Origin: Amoebophrya sp. A120
Lineage: Eukaryota > Protista > Dinoflagellata
DNA: 64,000 nucleotides
Reading direction: 5' to 3'
Assembly (NCBI GenBank): GCA_905178155.1
Contig: CAJINV010000009.1
Location: forward strand, 1,299,907-1,363,906
The notes below the pieces were generated by a model. That model made no database searches, had not been told where the DNA came from, and saw only the letters and a program-made list of their open reading frames with translations. The translations under genes and the position numbers were made by a program. This document shows positions 36,130 to 49,498 of this stretch, piece after piece. Numbering within the stretch: the first letter of the stretch is position 1; every line of letters begins with the position of its first letter.

Positions 36130-39100
36130 AGTTGCTGTTCCTGATATATGTGATTCTGGTTTTCATCTTCACCTAGGCAGATGGGCACTTCCGATTATGT
36201 GCTCGTCTTTGCTTGTGTAAATTGCGACTTTCTACTACGATGCGACCCACCATAATGAATTTCGAGAATTCAGCAAACAGTTTCTGGCCTGACAGAGCAG
36301 TGGAAGTAATAAATGCATTTTTGGACGAGTTGAAGTTGTTTTTGATGAATCCTCCTGCAAACATGAACATCTGCGAAACGTGCTGCTTGCACCCTACTTC
36401 TGCGTAATATGTAAGCTACATGCCCGCGTCGGCCACGGAACAGAATTTCCCTCTGAAAGCGAGTTGTTGCGAAAGGCTCGTTGTTCCTTTTGTTGCCTGC
36501 TGCACTTACTCGTTTCGTCTGTGTGTCGCCGTCGTCTGTGCTTTTACGGTTTTGGTTGTTTTCTTTTGTTCGTCGTCCTCCGTGGTTCGCTTGCTCTATG
36601 TTTATCGTTCATAGCTTGACTTTTTGTTTTGCGTCCTTGTGCGTTGGCCCGGCTGTTTCGTCCTCGTGGTAACTGGTTTACTTCGTTGTGTCCGTCGTTT
36701 CTCGTTCGCTGCTCGTTCTGTTTGGGATTTTGAAGTCTGTTTCGCCTGCACGCCGATTTCATCGTAGATATCAATTCTAACTTCTGCTCAGTGACACTAA
36801 ATAAGTATGCCCCCTTGGAACAAACAACCCACTGAGACTGCCTAACAGACAAATGCACCGATTGGAGTACCCATTTCACGTGCATATTTCCCTGGTAGGC
36901 AGAAGCATCGAATGTAATTCTGGCTGCTCGGTCTAGATGATAGGGCAATAGCCCACAAAAAAAGGCAGGTTAAAGAGAGAGAGACACACCCATCGTCTTC
37001 GTGTTATCGCAGGGGCACTGGCGACACTTCTGGATCTGGGTCGGTGACTAAATGGATGATGTAAGAGTCTACTACGGATACCTTCTATTTTGGGTGGGAC
37101 ATCACAATCGCGATACTCGTGGGTTTTCGACTTCGCAAGGGTATTTTTTTATCGCGCAGGGTGGGTTGCGCTTTTCTTTTCTCTCGCATTACCGAATGAT
37201 CTCACGTAGTTGCATTGCTTACAATCGACGTCTCAACTGCGATTTAGAGTGTACTAGCCAGTGCAGTGGCTTTGTGAGTCTGCTTACGTTATTGTGATTT
37301 GATCATACGAACTTTAAGTTTCCACCACGAGAAAGGATGGCACACGGGCGGCGCATGTTGATACTCTCCAAATTCTGACGCCGCGGTAATAGGCAGCGCC
37401 AGACTTCAATTCGCTACGACCGCCGTCGCGCAGCTGCTCTCGAGCACATCTAGATGCCTCGGTTTGCTGATATTTGTTACCGTCTTCGATCGGATCTTTT
37501 TCCAGCTTCGTGCGGGTCCGCGTAAATTATCTTGCGGTATCGCGCTGTGGAGGTTCGCCGATGCCGTTGTATCAGCGATGTCGCGCAACAGCGGCGGCCG
37601 GCCCCCCAAGTTCTGGTATCTAAGAAGATATGGTGCTTTCTTCAACCACGTTGGCGCTCCGAGTTCAAGATATGTTGGTTTCCTCGTGCAGGGAAGTGGA
37701 CCCGCTTCAACTTCGCAGAACCCTGACAACGATAGTATTGGTCGCGGGACCACTTGCTGCTGAGCTCCGTCTTGAAACGTGCTTTAGCCGGAAGAAATCG
37801 ATTCTGGGATCACAATTTCGGATCCAGGACGTATTGTACGCCGTCCTACGCCGTCCTTGGTGGAATTGTCGTCACGGGCATATCGGATTCCGCAGGTGCT
37901 GTACGCCGCCGTTGATAATTCTCCGCTTACTCGCCTTCATCTTCCGACTCCTTCGTCTTAACACCTGGAATTGCGCGCTTTTGCTAAGGGGAAATGCGCT
38001 ACGGGGAGGGTTGGGGAGTCTAGGAGGCATCGCGCCTTATGGTAATTGGGTGTTGGGGTAGTAGTAGAGGTATTCCGGTAACACTTTGCAATGCATGAGA
38101 TCTCCTCTGCGGTGACGCCATTCACAGACGCTTCCTCTACTAGCACACCAGAAATTTGCGGCTCGCGTAGTATTAAGGCATAGCTGTAGTGAACATTCAG
38201 ATGCACGGTCGAGGCATCGTCGTGCAGTTTTCATTTTTGCATGGCATGCTACCCTTTTATGGCGGGTATCTGTGTGATTTCGTATTCTCTCCGCGCTTGC
38301 TTTAAGAGCAGGAACAGCAAGAGGTACTTAGTGCGTCAACTGATCCTGTATTATGCAGGTTGTAGAATAAAGCTGACGCCCACGCCTTAAGCTGGAGCAG
38401 TTCTTGACTGCCCCCAGGTAGAAAATCGCTTTAAAAGCACTCATTTCTCTAACGTGAATTAAGTTAGCATCGGTCTAAAGTCTAACACATCCTCGGTTTT
38501 ATCGCGTAAAGTTGTACAATGCATCGGTATTTTTGCATCACGACGTGTTCTCTGACTCGTGAGCAATATCATATATTCAACCGGGGAATCTAATCGTCAA
38601 TTGTAGCGCAGTTTGGGGCTGTCATTGAGCTTTGCGAACATGTTAAGCGATTTTGCAGTTTTGTATTAGGACAAGCTGTGGTGCGCTCCTGCAGCTGCCA
38701 CTCTTTACCGCTGCTCTTTTTTTTATGCATCGGCTGCGAACCGAGAATAAGAGCATCATCTGCACCGTATTCGCGCATGCTTGCAATGTTCACGACAGCT
38801 TCTTCAAAATGCAGGGTCGTGTCGATTATCAGAACGTAAAGCGTTAAGTCAGATGAAAGAACCGGGAGTATCGCTTTCGTGTCAGGACGCTTAATCGGAC
38901 TCGTGAATGTTTAGCTCCTTGAGCAGGGTCGTTTCCTCTCAGCGTTGTTCAGATCCGGGGTGGTCGTCTCTGGGAAATCTCGTCTCCTTCGAGCCATCGG
39001 CTCTAGTTTGATTTTCGAAATTTTTGTGTTGTATCTCACCAAGATATTCTCACTACGCCTTATTTGCTTTGGAAGAATCGAAATGCCATTAAGCTTGTCT

Positions 39101-39879
39101 TTTACTTATCATTTTTCGATCGACTAATATTCTTACTGAGTACAGTTTTTTACTTTGATTTAAACTGCGTCAGCAGATATAAATTGCGTCAGCAGGCTTT
39201 TTCTCTCATGCTAGCTCTATGGCCTCTTCGCTTTACATTTGTCAATCAGCAAGAGAGCTAGTGATCCATCGCCGAAGGTCAGCCGAGGCGTTTGGTGAAG
39301 CTCGGCGGCTCTTTCTCTTTCAATTATTTTCAGGCGTGGTTTTTTTTCTTTTGTATGTGAGCCGCAAATTGGAGACAAATAGTATCTGAGAACAGCTATG
39401 GCACAGTAAAGCAAACAGCATCAACTTCTTCTACATCTTCCCTCATCAACAGCAACAACGTTGAGAATAATCTCCCAATCCAGGCGATCATGAGACTGAG
39501 AGGTCGAACAAGGGAACTCTAAGGCGATAACGTCGAACAGAATGCATTCATGTGAGCCGCAAATTTCGCAACGGGTTCTTTCATTAAGAAAGACAGTGCT
39601 AATTTCATACTCCGAGGACGACATTTCCGACGACGAGACTTCACGATCCAGCAGACTTTGCCCAAATGCTTTCCGAGACACGAAATGTTTGAGGAAGCGG
39701 CATTTTTCAGGATGCTCATTCAAATATCAATATGTATTGATCTTGCATTAAGCTTGTGTGCAAAGTGTTACCGAAGTACTTTTTGCCACTTCTAGAAAAC
39801 ACATTTTATGTGTTCGCGTGGCGTGCCATAATCGGTACGGGGCTTCGGACGGGTCCTGTAGGGCCATTCGTGCGAGGAC

Positions 39880-41950
39880 AGGTTTGCCGGGACAGACGGC
39901 AAGTAATTGCCCGGCACGTCTGTCCCGGCACCAAAAAAGGGTCTTCGCATCGGCTACGCCCGGACGAACCCCTTCTCGCGGTGCCGTCGCGGTGCCATTT
40001 TTCAAAAATCGCTATGTTTTTTGTTTTGTACTTAGCGAAATTCGGAATTTTGCAGCACTTTCAGCTCGCGCTGAGAAGTTTCCGCCCCCGGGTAAAAATG
40101 CCCGCTTGCCGTGCCGGGGCCGGCACGGGAAGCACAAAATGTGGCGCGGAAAAGTGCGGTTTTCGGCTTGCAGTAGCATACGGTTTTCGAAGACGCACAA
40201 AGGCCGGCCTTCCGACGGACGCGGTACCTTTGCCGGGACAGACTGCAAGGAGTTGCTGTCTGTCCCGGCACCCAAAAGGGGTCTTAGCGGCGGCTGCGCC
40301 GTTACGAACCCCTTTTCGCGGTGCCGGGACAGGACGGAACTCTGGCCATTTTTCAAAAATCGCTATGTTTTTTGTTTTGTACTTAGCGAAATCCGAAACT
40401 TGGCAGCACTTTCAGCTCGCGCTGAGAAGTTTCCGCCCCCGAGTGGAGGTGCCCGCTTGCCGTGCCAGGGCCGGCATGGGAAGCGCAAAGTGTGGCGCGG
40501 AAAAGTGCGGCTTTTGCCTTAAAGTGGCATAGTGTTTTTGAAAACGCACAAACGACATCCCTCCGACGGATGCAGACCCTGTGCCGGGACAGACGGCAAG
40601 TAATTGCTATCTGTCCCGGCACCCAAAAAGGGTCTTCGCAGCGGCTGCGCCCGTACGAACCCCTTCTCGCGGTGCCGGGACAGGACGGAACTCTGGCCAT
40701 TTTTCAAAAATCGCTATGTTTTTTGGTTTGTACTTAGCGAAATTCGAAATTTGGCAGCACTTTCAGCTCGCGCTGAGACATTTCCGCTCCCAGGTGGAAG
40801 TGCCCGCTTGCCGTGCCGGGGCCGGCATGGGAAGCACAAAGTGTGGCGCGGAAAAGTGCGGCTTTTGCCTTAAAGTGGCATAGTGTTTTTGAAAACGCAC
40901 AAACGACATCCCTCCGACGAATGCGGACCCGGTGCCGGGACAGACGGCAAGTAATTGCTATCTGTCCCGGCACCCAAAAAGGGTCTTCGCAGCGGCTGCG
41001 CCCGTACGAACCCCTTCTCGCGGTGCCGGGACAGGACGGAACTCTGGCCATTTTTCAAAAATCGCTATGTTTTTTGGTTTGTACTTAGCGAAATTCGAAA
41101 TTTGGCAGCACTTTCAGCTCGCGCTGAGACATTTCCGCTCCCAGGTGGAAGTGCCCGCTTGCCGTGCCGGGGCCGGCATGGGAAGCACAAAGTGTGGCGC
41201 GGAAAAGTGCGGCTTTTGCCTTAAAGTGGCATAGTGTTTTTGAAAACGCACAAACGACATCCCTCCGACGAATGCGGACCCGGTGCCGGGACAGACGGCA
41301 AGTAATTGCTATCTGTCCCGGCACCCAAAAAGGGTCTTCGCAGCGGCTGCGCCCGTACGAACCCCTTCTCGCGGTGCCGGGACAGGACGGAACTCTGGCC
41401 ATTTTTCAAAAATCGCTATGTTTTTTGGTTTGTACTTAGCGAAATTCGAAATTTGGCAGCACTTTCAGCTCGCGCTGAGACATTTCCGCTCCCAGGTGGA
41501 AGTGCCCGCTTGCCGTGCCGGGGCCGGCATGGGAAGCACAAAGTGTGGCGCGGAAAAGTGCGGCTTTTGCCTTAAAGTGGCATAGTGTTTTTGAAAACGC
41601 ACAAACGACATCCCTCCGACGAATGCGGACCCGGTGCCGGGACAGACGGCAAGTAATTGCTATCTGTCCCGGCACCCAAAAAGGGTCTTCGCAGCGGCTG
41701 CGCCCGTACGAACCCCTTCTCGCGGTGCCGGGACAGGACGGAACTCTGGCCATTTTTCAAAAATCGCTATGTTTTTTGGTTTGTACTTAGCGAAATTCGA
41801 AATTTGGCAGCACTTTCAGCTCGCGGTGAGAAATTTCCGCTTCGGGGTGGAAATGCACGCTCGGCATTCCGGGGCCGGCATGGCAAACACGAAATGGAGA
41901 GCGGAAAAATGCGACTTTTGGCTCAAAATGACATACGGTTTTTGACGACG
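39880..41950. repeat. 351-bp tandem array, about 6 copies
   Basis: ttttcaaaaatcgctatg recurs at ~40.0, 40.35, 40.70, 41.05, 41.40 and 41.75 kb. Identical ORFs recur at 351-bp spacing. Confidence 0.97.
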
Positions 41951-42418
41951 CGCGAACGAAAAAGATGCTAGGTTGCGGCAATGCATTTTCAAAGGCTGCG
42001 TGGTTCTTTCCCGAACTATCAGAAAGATTTTATGATGTTCAGCGGTCTTGAGAGCCTTGTATCGGAGCTGGGAACAAGTAGTTATTTCCGGAGCTACCTC
42101 TGGCAGGACTTTGAGCGAGTTTTCTAAAGAAAGGCATAGTGTGTAGTTACAGTTTCCAACAACCAAAAGCTTATCGCTATTCGCAGACCAAAAAGATGTG
42201 AGTCCACCTGCACTCTGCGCACCTCCTCGCGTGCACGATCACGGCCTTGTGCATCGAGATGGCACGACGCTTCCGCTCGAGCTGCCGCGGATGCGTCCTT
42301 GGTAGCCGTTCGCACCTCGGTGCGGCACCGGAGCGGCAGTCGTTGACCACGCGGCTGCAACAACTCGCTTCAATCTAGCTTTCGGTTCTTTCTCCCGACC
42401 GGTCTCCGCACCGCCACT

Positions 42419-45400
42419 ATGGCCTCCACCACCGTCGCTACGACGGCGGACGCCGGCGGCGGCACCGCCGACCCGGACGTGGCGGCTCCGCAGGAGCGCG
42501 CGGAGCCGTGGCGGTTTGTGAACCGCAGACGCATCTACTTCCAGCGGCTCCTCGGCGATGACTCCTTCACAAAACGCGATCTGTCCAAGCGGGACACCGT
42601 CTTGCACGGCCTGGTCGCTTTTCTGTTCGCGGTGCTGTTCGTCGCGCTGCTGCAGACGCGGGCGAGCGTCACGGAGCGGTTCGAAATAAATGACAGTGTG
42701 CGCCAGGCACTAGAGGAAACGCCCTGGAAGGCGTCCATAAAGCCCAGTCTGCTGTCGGACCAGGACGAGGCACATTTGCAGGAGCTGTACACGTTTAAGG
42801 ACATCGAAAAAATCGAGGACGCCTACTTCTGGCTGGTCACCGCCCTGCTGCCGCAGCTCGCGGAAACCGCGCCGCGCAGCCAGGAATTTGCCTTGAACGG
42901 GAAGAACGTCGTGATTCCGTTGTTCAAGTCCAGCCCGCCGCAAATCCGCCTCACCTTGCGCCGTCCCCGGTACATCGCCAACAAGAATGTGCGGACCAAG
43001 GTGCTCTGGCCCATGGTGTGGAACCTGTTTCAGCTGGACCCCGAGGTGTTTGACTCCGAAGAAGATTTGACGCAGACCCTGACCGGCTCGTACACGTACG
43101 ACGGGAAGGCAAGGGCATCGACGGATATCGGAAAGGTATTTGACTTGCTCATTAGATACCGAATTGCAATTGTGATCATGTGCAAATGTAGTTGTCACCA
43201 TAGTGGAAAGTAGGGTTGGTCAAAGTCTGTGGCCACTAGTTTGTTGTGATGGAATGAAACCATGATTAGTCTCATCAATCATCGCCTTGAGATTCCTTGC
43301 CCAGCACACCTACAAACCACCCCTCAGCAAACGGCCCTCGTCGACGCCGCACCGTACGCAAATTGGGCTTCCATACCTGCGAACGCGGATATCTACGTGC
43401 AGTGGGAGCACTCCAAAAAGGGCGGTTACGCAGATACCGGTGGGTACCAGGCCTTGATCGAGCTCACGTACGACACGTCCGCACTGCAGGTCCGGTATTA
43501 CAGTGAAAAATGCCCCCACCTCCAAAGTTGCAAAAATTTGTGATGCGAAGTTTCCAAATGGAAACTTTTTGTCATGCATGAAAGAAGTATGAATCTTTCT
43601 GATGTAGAGTCTAGGCGTGTATCGCATCGCTTGCATGACAAGCGCCGCTCTTGCTGGGGTCCTTCGCAATACAAATTTTTGGTATTCACGATTGGAAACC
43701 TGTGATGCTGATAGATGCAAGAGGGCGAATGTTTCATTAGGAAAGGTTTGCAATACAAATGCTCCCAAGTTCGGGGTGGGGGCATTTTTCATTGTAGTAT
43801 CCGCGACCAAATTCTCAAGGACGGCGGCGAGAAGTCGCTGGCCGTATCAACTGTAAAAATGTCTGGGTCTGGAAGAATGCAACTTGTGATGCGCATCTCA
43901 GAGCACACAAAAATCTCTGATGCATAGGCAGCAAAAGCTGCTCACTTTCTGTCACCAAAACGGGGGATTTGTCATGCGGATTCGGCATTGCGGAAGCTTC
44001 TCGAAACCTGTGATGCTAGAGCTTCCATGCCAGACCTTCTGAGTCATGCAGAAACAGCATGATCTTCCAGACCCAGACATTTTTACATTTGATAGGCCGT
44101 CGTGGCCAACTATTTTGTTTCGCAGTTCGGCGTGCGGCTGGTGAAGAACGCGGTCGCGAATTCGGAGGACAAGCAGACGGACAAACCGGAGATCACGCAG
44201 GAACTGAGCGTGAAGAATTTCTTCCTCACCAACAGTTTCTTGAAGGAGTCGGAGACCGGAACTTTAGTGTTTGACTTCGTCACCTACAACGCAGAAGTGA
44301 ATGCTTTCACCTACGTCGTGGTGTTGTTCAGCAAAAACGCAGCGGGGTCGCTGTCGAAGCGGGAGCTGCGGGTGGATACGTTGCTGTTGAACAAATCGGA
44401 CGACGCGAAGTTCTACGACGTTCTGGACCTGGTGCTGCTGGCCGCCACCATTGTGTACGGCCTGTGGCTGCTGGAGATGACCAAAACCCAGTTCCAGCGC
44501 AACAGCCTGCAGACCTTTCTGTACAAGTTCCTCGTGGACCCGTGGATCTGGTCGGAGACTTTGTCGCTGATCGGCGTGGTCGTCTCCGTTTTCGCGTGGC
44601 AGGCCGCGCGGATCGAGTTGGACACGCTCTGTGAGAAGGCGAAGTGCGACGGGATTCTGTCCACGAGCAACGCGTTCAAAACCTCAATCGCAGTGCCCAC
44701 CGGGGGGAACACCTTCGTCGCGCCGGATGTCACGACGAAGCTGATCGCGCAAACCATTCTGACGCAGCAGAACTACGACCGGTTTGCGGCGTTGACCGCC
44801 TTTCTGCTCTTCTTCCGCGTGATCCGATTTTTGAAGTCCAGCATGCAGCGCTTGGAGCTGTTGGAGTACACACTGCAGATGGCGCTGCCGCCCATGCTGG
44901 TCTACCTCTCCTTCACGGGCATCATCTTCATGGCCTTCGTCAACATGGCCTCGCTCGCGTTCGTGGCCTACAGTTCCGACTTCGAGTCGCACCCGCGGTC
45001 TATCGTCGCGCTCGTTCTCATGTGGCTCGGTAACATCGACGTGATGGACGAGGTGGAAAGCAGTCCCCTGGGGTTCGCATTCTTCCTGCCCTTCATGCTG
45101 TTTTTCTTTTTCATCAACCTGCAGATGTTCAATGCGATCATCAATCAAGCGTACAACAAGGCTTGCGCGGACTTGCAGAAACGATTCGAGTACGAAGATT
45201 TTCTGGCAAAGAAGCGCAAGGGCACAAAAACGCGCGCCATCATGGGACTAATCCACCATTTCTGTGGGCGGTTTCTCGCCAAGGGTGGTTCTTCCGCGGG
45301 CGACAAGGCGTCTGGCGGGGAAAAGGGCGGCGCATCGGCTGCGAAAGAGAACAAGCCGGGGGAGGTGGAGATGACGAAGAAACCCGCAGACGCAAAAGCA

Positions 45401-48400
45401 GTAGACGACGACTTGAAAGATTTGTCAGAAAAACCCCTTGTCGCGGCGCGGAAGTACTTTGAGCACGTTCCTTTAGATTCCCTCGACATGGAGGCAAAAA
45501 AGACCGTGATGGCCTACCTTAATGAGGGCAACGAGGGGTTCGGGGAGTCTTCGAACCTGGACGTGATCCTCTATGCGCTCTTCGCGATCTCCTACATCTA
45601 CTTTGTGAACGCCTTCGTGCAGGTGGGCGACACGTTCAACTTGAAGCGGACCACAGCGGAGACGCTCGAGCAGCAGACCTACTCCGTGCAGTATGCCGAC
45701 GGGAACGTTTTGTACAAAAACCTCCCCCAGGTGAACACACTTACGGGGATACAAGAGTGGATCCAGTACGCGATCAACCCAGTTTTCTTTTCTTCGATCG
45801 CGACAAGAGGGGACACGGATGAATCGGGCGAAAAGAACTACTACAACCCGGTGCTATCGCAGACCACCATCCTGCACGACGTGAAAGATGACGTGCCGAG
45901 TTTTGACGCGAAATTGCAAGCCGCGATTTCGGACAAACTGATACCGTTCTTCGACCCCACAAGCAGCACCGCGATCGGCGCCAACATTTTGACGCAGAAA
46001 ACCAAATCCGCGCTCTGCGTCAACGGGTACAACTGCCTGCTCAAATCCGAATTCGCACTCGCAAGGCTCCTGGTGTACGAAAACGAGTACCCCGTGGAGC
46101 TCGCGTACGACCACGCACTGCTCTCCTCCCAAGCGACCTCGCTGTTCGCCTTGCGGCAGAAAGCGCTCTCGGGCACGGGGTGCATCCCCGGCCCGACGCC
46201 GCCGGTGAAGCCGCACGCCGCGGGCTTTGAGTACGGGTCCTTGGACACGACCACCACGGTGGCGCCGAACGAGCGGTATTGTGAGGAGGATTTGAACGTA
46301 TTTCCCTTCTGCTACTACCGACTGGACGGGCAGGAGGACGGGTACGGAAAGGCGGACTGGGACGCGACAACAGATGGGAAAAACCGGTGGGAATGTCTGC
46401 TCCCCACCGACTTGACGCTGTTCAACCAAGTCCTCGACGTGTACAGCCACCAAGATTTGATTCACCTGCACACCAAGAAGGTGGTGTTGCAATTCGCCAC
46501 CTACAATTCGCAAGCGGACACCGTAGTGGAGTCGGAGCTGGAGTTCAAAATCTCCAAGGGCGGGCAAGTCGCGCACGAGATTAAGACGTCCGCGTTCCAG
46601 ATCTTCCCCACCTACGTGGAGACTTCGAAGGGACTGATGACGCTGGTGGCGGGCGGGATCTACTTGTTGCTGACCGCGTACTTTTTGATCCAGGAAATCC
46701 GGGAGATCATGGAGGAGATGGCGCAGAAGAAACTTCTGTTCAACAAACCCTGGCAAGTATCCCTCCGCGAGCACTTTTCCGGCGACTTGTTCAACGCACT
46801 GGACATCGTTTCCATTTGCATCTCCTTCGCGGGGATTGGGGTCTACTCGATTTACGTGCTGGAGACGTTCGCGTTCGAAACGGAGTACAGCCGGCTGATC
46901 TGCAAGGGGAAGTTGGACTACCAGTGTCCGGAACTGCCTCCCTCCCACCCGCAGTACGCTCTGGAGAACCAGCAAACCCGGACAAATTACGTGAATTTCA
47001 TCGAGATGGTGCACTTGATCACGAAAGATAGCTTACTTTACATCCGCGTGTCCGCAATCAACACGATGCTGATCGGGCTCAGGATGCTCAAGTTCGTCCG
47101 GAACAGTCCGCGGATGATAAAACTCAACACCACTCTCTTCATATCCTGTGTAAAAACGTCCCCACAGCATGGTTGTCATGCAACTCTGCATACTTAAAAT
47201 GTTTCTCATGCGGAGCCCCATGAGAAGCATTTTCTAATGCGGTTTGTAAATCTGTAATGCGCCAATCAGCATGAGATACTAGATCTGTAATGCTGCTTAG
47301 CTAGCTCAAATAGCACTACACTACGCGTCCAAATTTGTCATGCGAAACGGCCAAAGCTTATGGATTTGTCTAGCGGATTTCCCATCTTGACTCTGGGGTG
47401 GGGACATTTTTACTCAGGATACTTCAGCGCCGTGGGCGACACGATCTACCTCGTGCTGATGCTGTTCATCATCATGATGGGATTCGTCGTGCTGGCGAAC
47501 CGGGCGTTTGGTGCGAAATACGGAAAATTGTCGGAGTTACTGTCCGCCTTGTACTACCTGATGGATTTCATCATTGGGAACATCGAGTACAAGCCACTGG
47601 AGAAGGTGGACAGTTTGATGGTGGTGTTTTTCGTGTTCCCGGCGATCTTCTGCTTTCACTTTGTCCTGCTCAACATGTTTTTCGCCATCACGGATCGGTG
47701 GTACATCGTCGTGGTGTCCGAAGCGGAGGAAGTCCCGAGTTTCAACTGGAAAAGGAGGCTGAAGCCGTACTTCGGGGCCATTTTCTCCTGCATCGAGTGG
47801 GACGAGGATTTCGAGATGGCCCGGAATCCGGACGGCGCGATAAAGCCCAAGCCGCCGAGTCGGAAGAAGGTGGTGGAGGAGATGAAGCGAGAGGTGGAAT
47901 TTTTGGTGAAAAACCTGCAGAAAAGGCTGCTCGCGCAGGGGAAGAAAATTGGGAAAGACTTGGAGCAACTGCTGGGTGCCAAATCGGCCTCGGTTCTGTC
48001 CGGCGGCATGTTTGCCGACGACGAGGGCAAGCCGGAGCACGGGACCATGTTGAAGCAGCTGCTGCCGCACAATCTGCAGGACGAAAAGATCCACCAGGTG
48101 ACGGACTGGAGTTCGAAGTTGGTGCACAACTTCGTACAGAAGTACCACGCGGAATTTTTGGAGCACGGGGAAAACCTCCACGAGTCGCCGGAAAGCCGGC
48201 ACCAGCGGCTCACGGACGCCCTGATGCAGGACATCGTGATTGCGCGGCGCAAGGCGTCTCGACTCGAGCAGGAAGTGCGGAATTCCGCCGAGGTGTACAC
48301 CCGGGCGGCGACCTCGGACCAGATCACGATCTGCAAGTACATCCACTGCCTGGAGGTGAATTTGGAGCAAATTTTGACGGAAAGGCAGTCTTTGGAGTTT

Positions 48401-48817
48401 GCGATAAAAGATTTGGTGTCGTTCGAGCACGCGGAGACGGGGGGCGGCGGCAAGGGGAACGTGTTCGGCCGCGCGGGCGGGAAGGCGGGTGGGATGCTGG
48501 GGGACATCTCCTCCGCGAGGTCAAAGGAAGACGGCGCGGGGTCGAAGCAAGCCAGCAACACAGCCCGGTCGAAACAGGACACGGCGCGGAGCGGCGGCGC
48601 GGGTTCCGCAGCGGCGGAGGCGACGGCAGATACCGGGTTCGCCATCATCGCGCAAGACGCCGAGGGCCCGCCCGTGGTTGCGGAATTGCAGCACAAAAAG
48701 CAGGGAAGAAAGAAATTGAACGACACGCTGGCCAGCCTGAACCTGACCGCAAAGAAACTGAGGCGGGAGCAGGAAGCGACGAGCGCTGCAAATTCGCCCG
48801 GACCGCAGGGGTCGTGA
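42419..48817 (+). CDS. Polycystin-2/TRPP-like cation channel with two tandem channel repeats (~1780 aa). Exons: 42419-43108 (or 43135), 43328-43495, 43805-43844, 44100-47141, 47427-48817
   Basis: PKD-type motifs appear twice: FDFVTYNAEVNAF / LQFATYNSQAD, S4-like FFRVIRFLK / GLRMLKFVR, and S6 FINLQMFNAII / FVLLNMFFAIT. A coiled-coil tail follows. All joins are in frame after introner removal. Confidence 0.85.
43496..43799. mobile_element. Introner family B (304 bp), direct repeat TCCGG/TCCGC
   Basis: TIR tattacagtgaaaaatgcccccacc vs tactacaatgaaaaatgcccccacc. Removal gives ALQVR-DQILK. Confidence 0.9.
43845..44094. mobile_element. Introner/MITE family A, copy 2 (250 bp), TSD GGCCG
   Basis: TIR tatcaa(c/a)tgtaaaaatgtctgggtctggaaga. 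GGCCG lies at 43840-43844 and 44095-44099. Removal gives EKSLA-VVANYF. Confidence 0.95.
47142..47421. mobile_element. Introner family C (280 bp), TSD CTTCA
   Basis: TIR tatcctgtgtaaaaacgtccccac vs tatcctgagtaaaaatgtccccac. CTTCA lies at 47137-47141 and 47422-47426. Removal gives NTTLF-SAVGDT. Confidence 0.93.
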
Positions 48818-49498
48818 TAGAAAGCCAATAGAGGAAGATAGCCGAGTTATGTTGTACAAGTGCTACACAAAGCTTCTTAAGTTGGTGAACAGTTAGAGAT
48901 TTCCATACTGGTTTATGAGTCAAATTCAAATTTATGCAAGAGGTTGACGTGTGTGAATATTAGAGTTGATACTAAAGATGTCTGCAAAGCGTACCGGAAA
49001 AGAGGCGTGCATGGGACCATTATTGGTAATAGCCCGCACTAAAAAGACACGTTCGAAGAATCATACGTCCGCAACAAGGTTTATTTTTTCCCGATGGGCT
49101 GCAACTGAAGAACAAAGAGCAGCGCCATCGCATAATTTTTTTAGAAAGAGGACCAGTCGCGCATCGTGTGCCAAGAAACGCAGAGTTGGGCCGGCGGTGA
49201 CGTGTTCAAATTTCCACTGGACGAGTGTTCTCGCTGCTAAGAGAAGGATCCAAAGACCCAAGAAGACTTCCGTTCATACCGATTGTTTTTTCTTGTCTGA
49301 TGATCTCAGGTGGAATGTCAATGTTTTGCTTTTGCACTACTGTGATGCCCGTAGGTAGTTTTTGTTTTCGCTACGGGGACCTAGTATTCCGAGTCGTACT
49401 AGAAACCAAGACAATCGGAATGTGAATCAGAACACAGCGAGCAGTAGTTCTTTGATTTAGGTGTCTCTCCTTATAATTTTCGACGTCGATCAGCTACA

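Noticed and set aside
36200-39750. Short ORFs, including 37406-37753
   Set aside because: All minus-strand frames just upstream of 37753 contain stops, and no recognisable product was found.
41916-41926. TTTTGGCTCAA, matching the 3' half of the spliced leader
   Set aside because: It is a variant of TTTTGCCTTAA within the diverged last unit of the 351-bp array.
39756-41981. Repeated 60-260-aa ORFs
   Set aside because: They are translations of the 351-bp tandem unit on both strands, with stops in each unit.
45854-48831. Long antisense and alternate-frame ORFs over the channel gene
   Set aside because: They are shadow ORFs caused by high GC3 in the real CDS.
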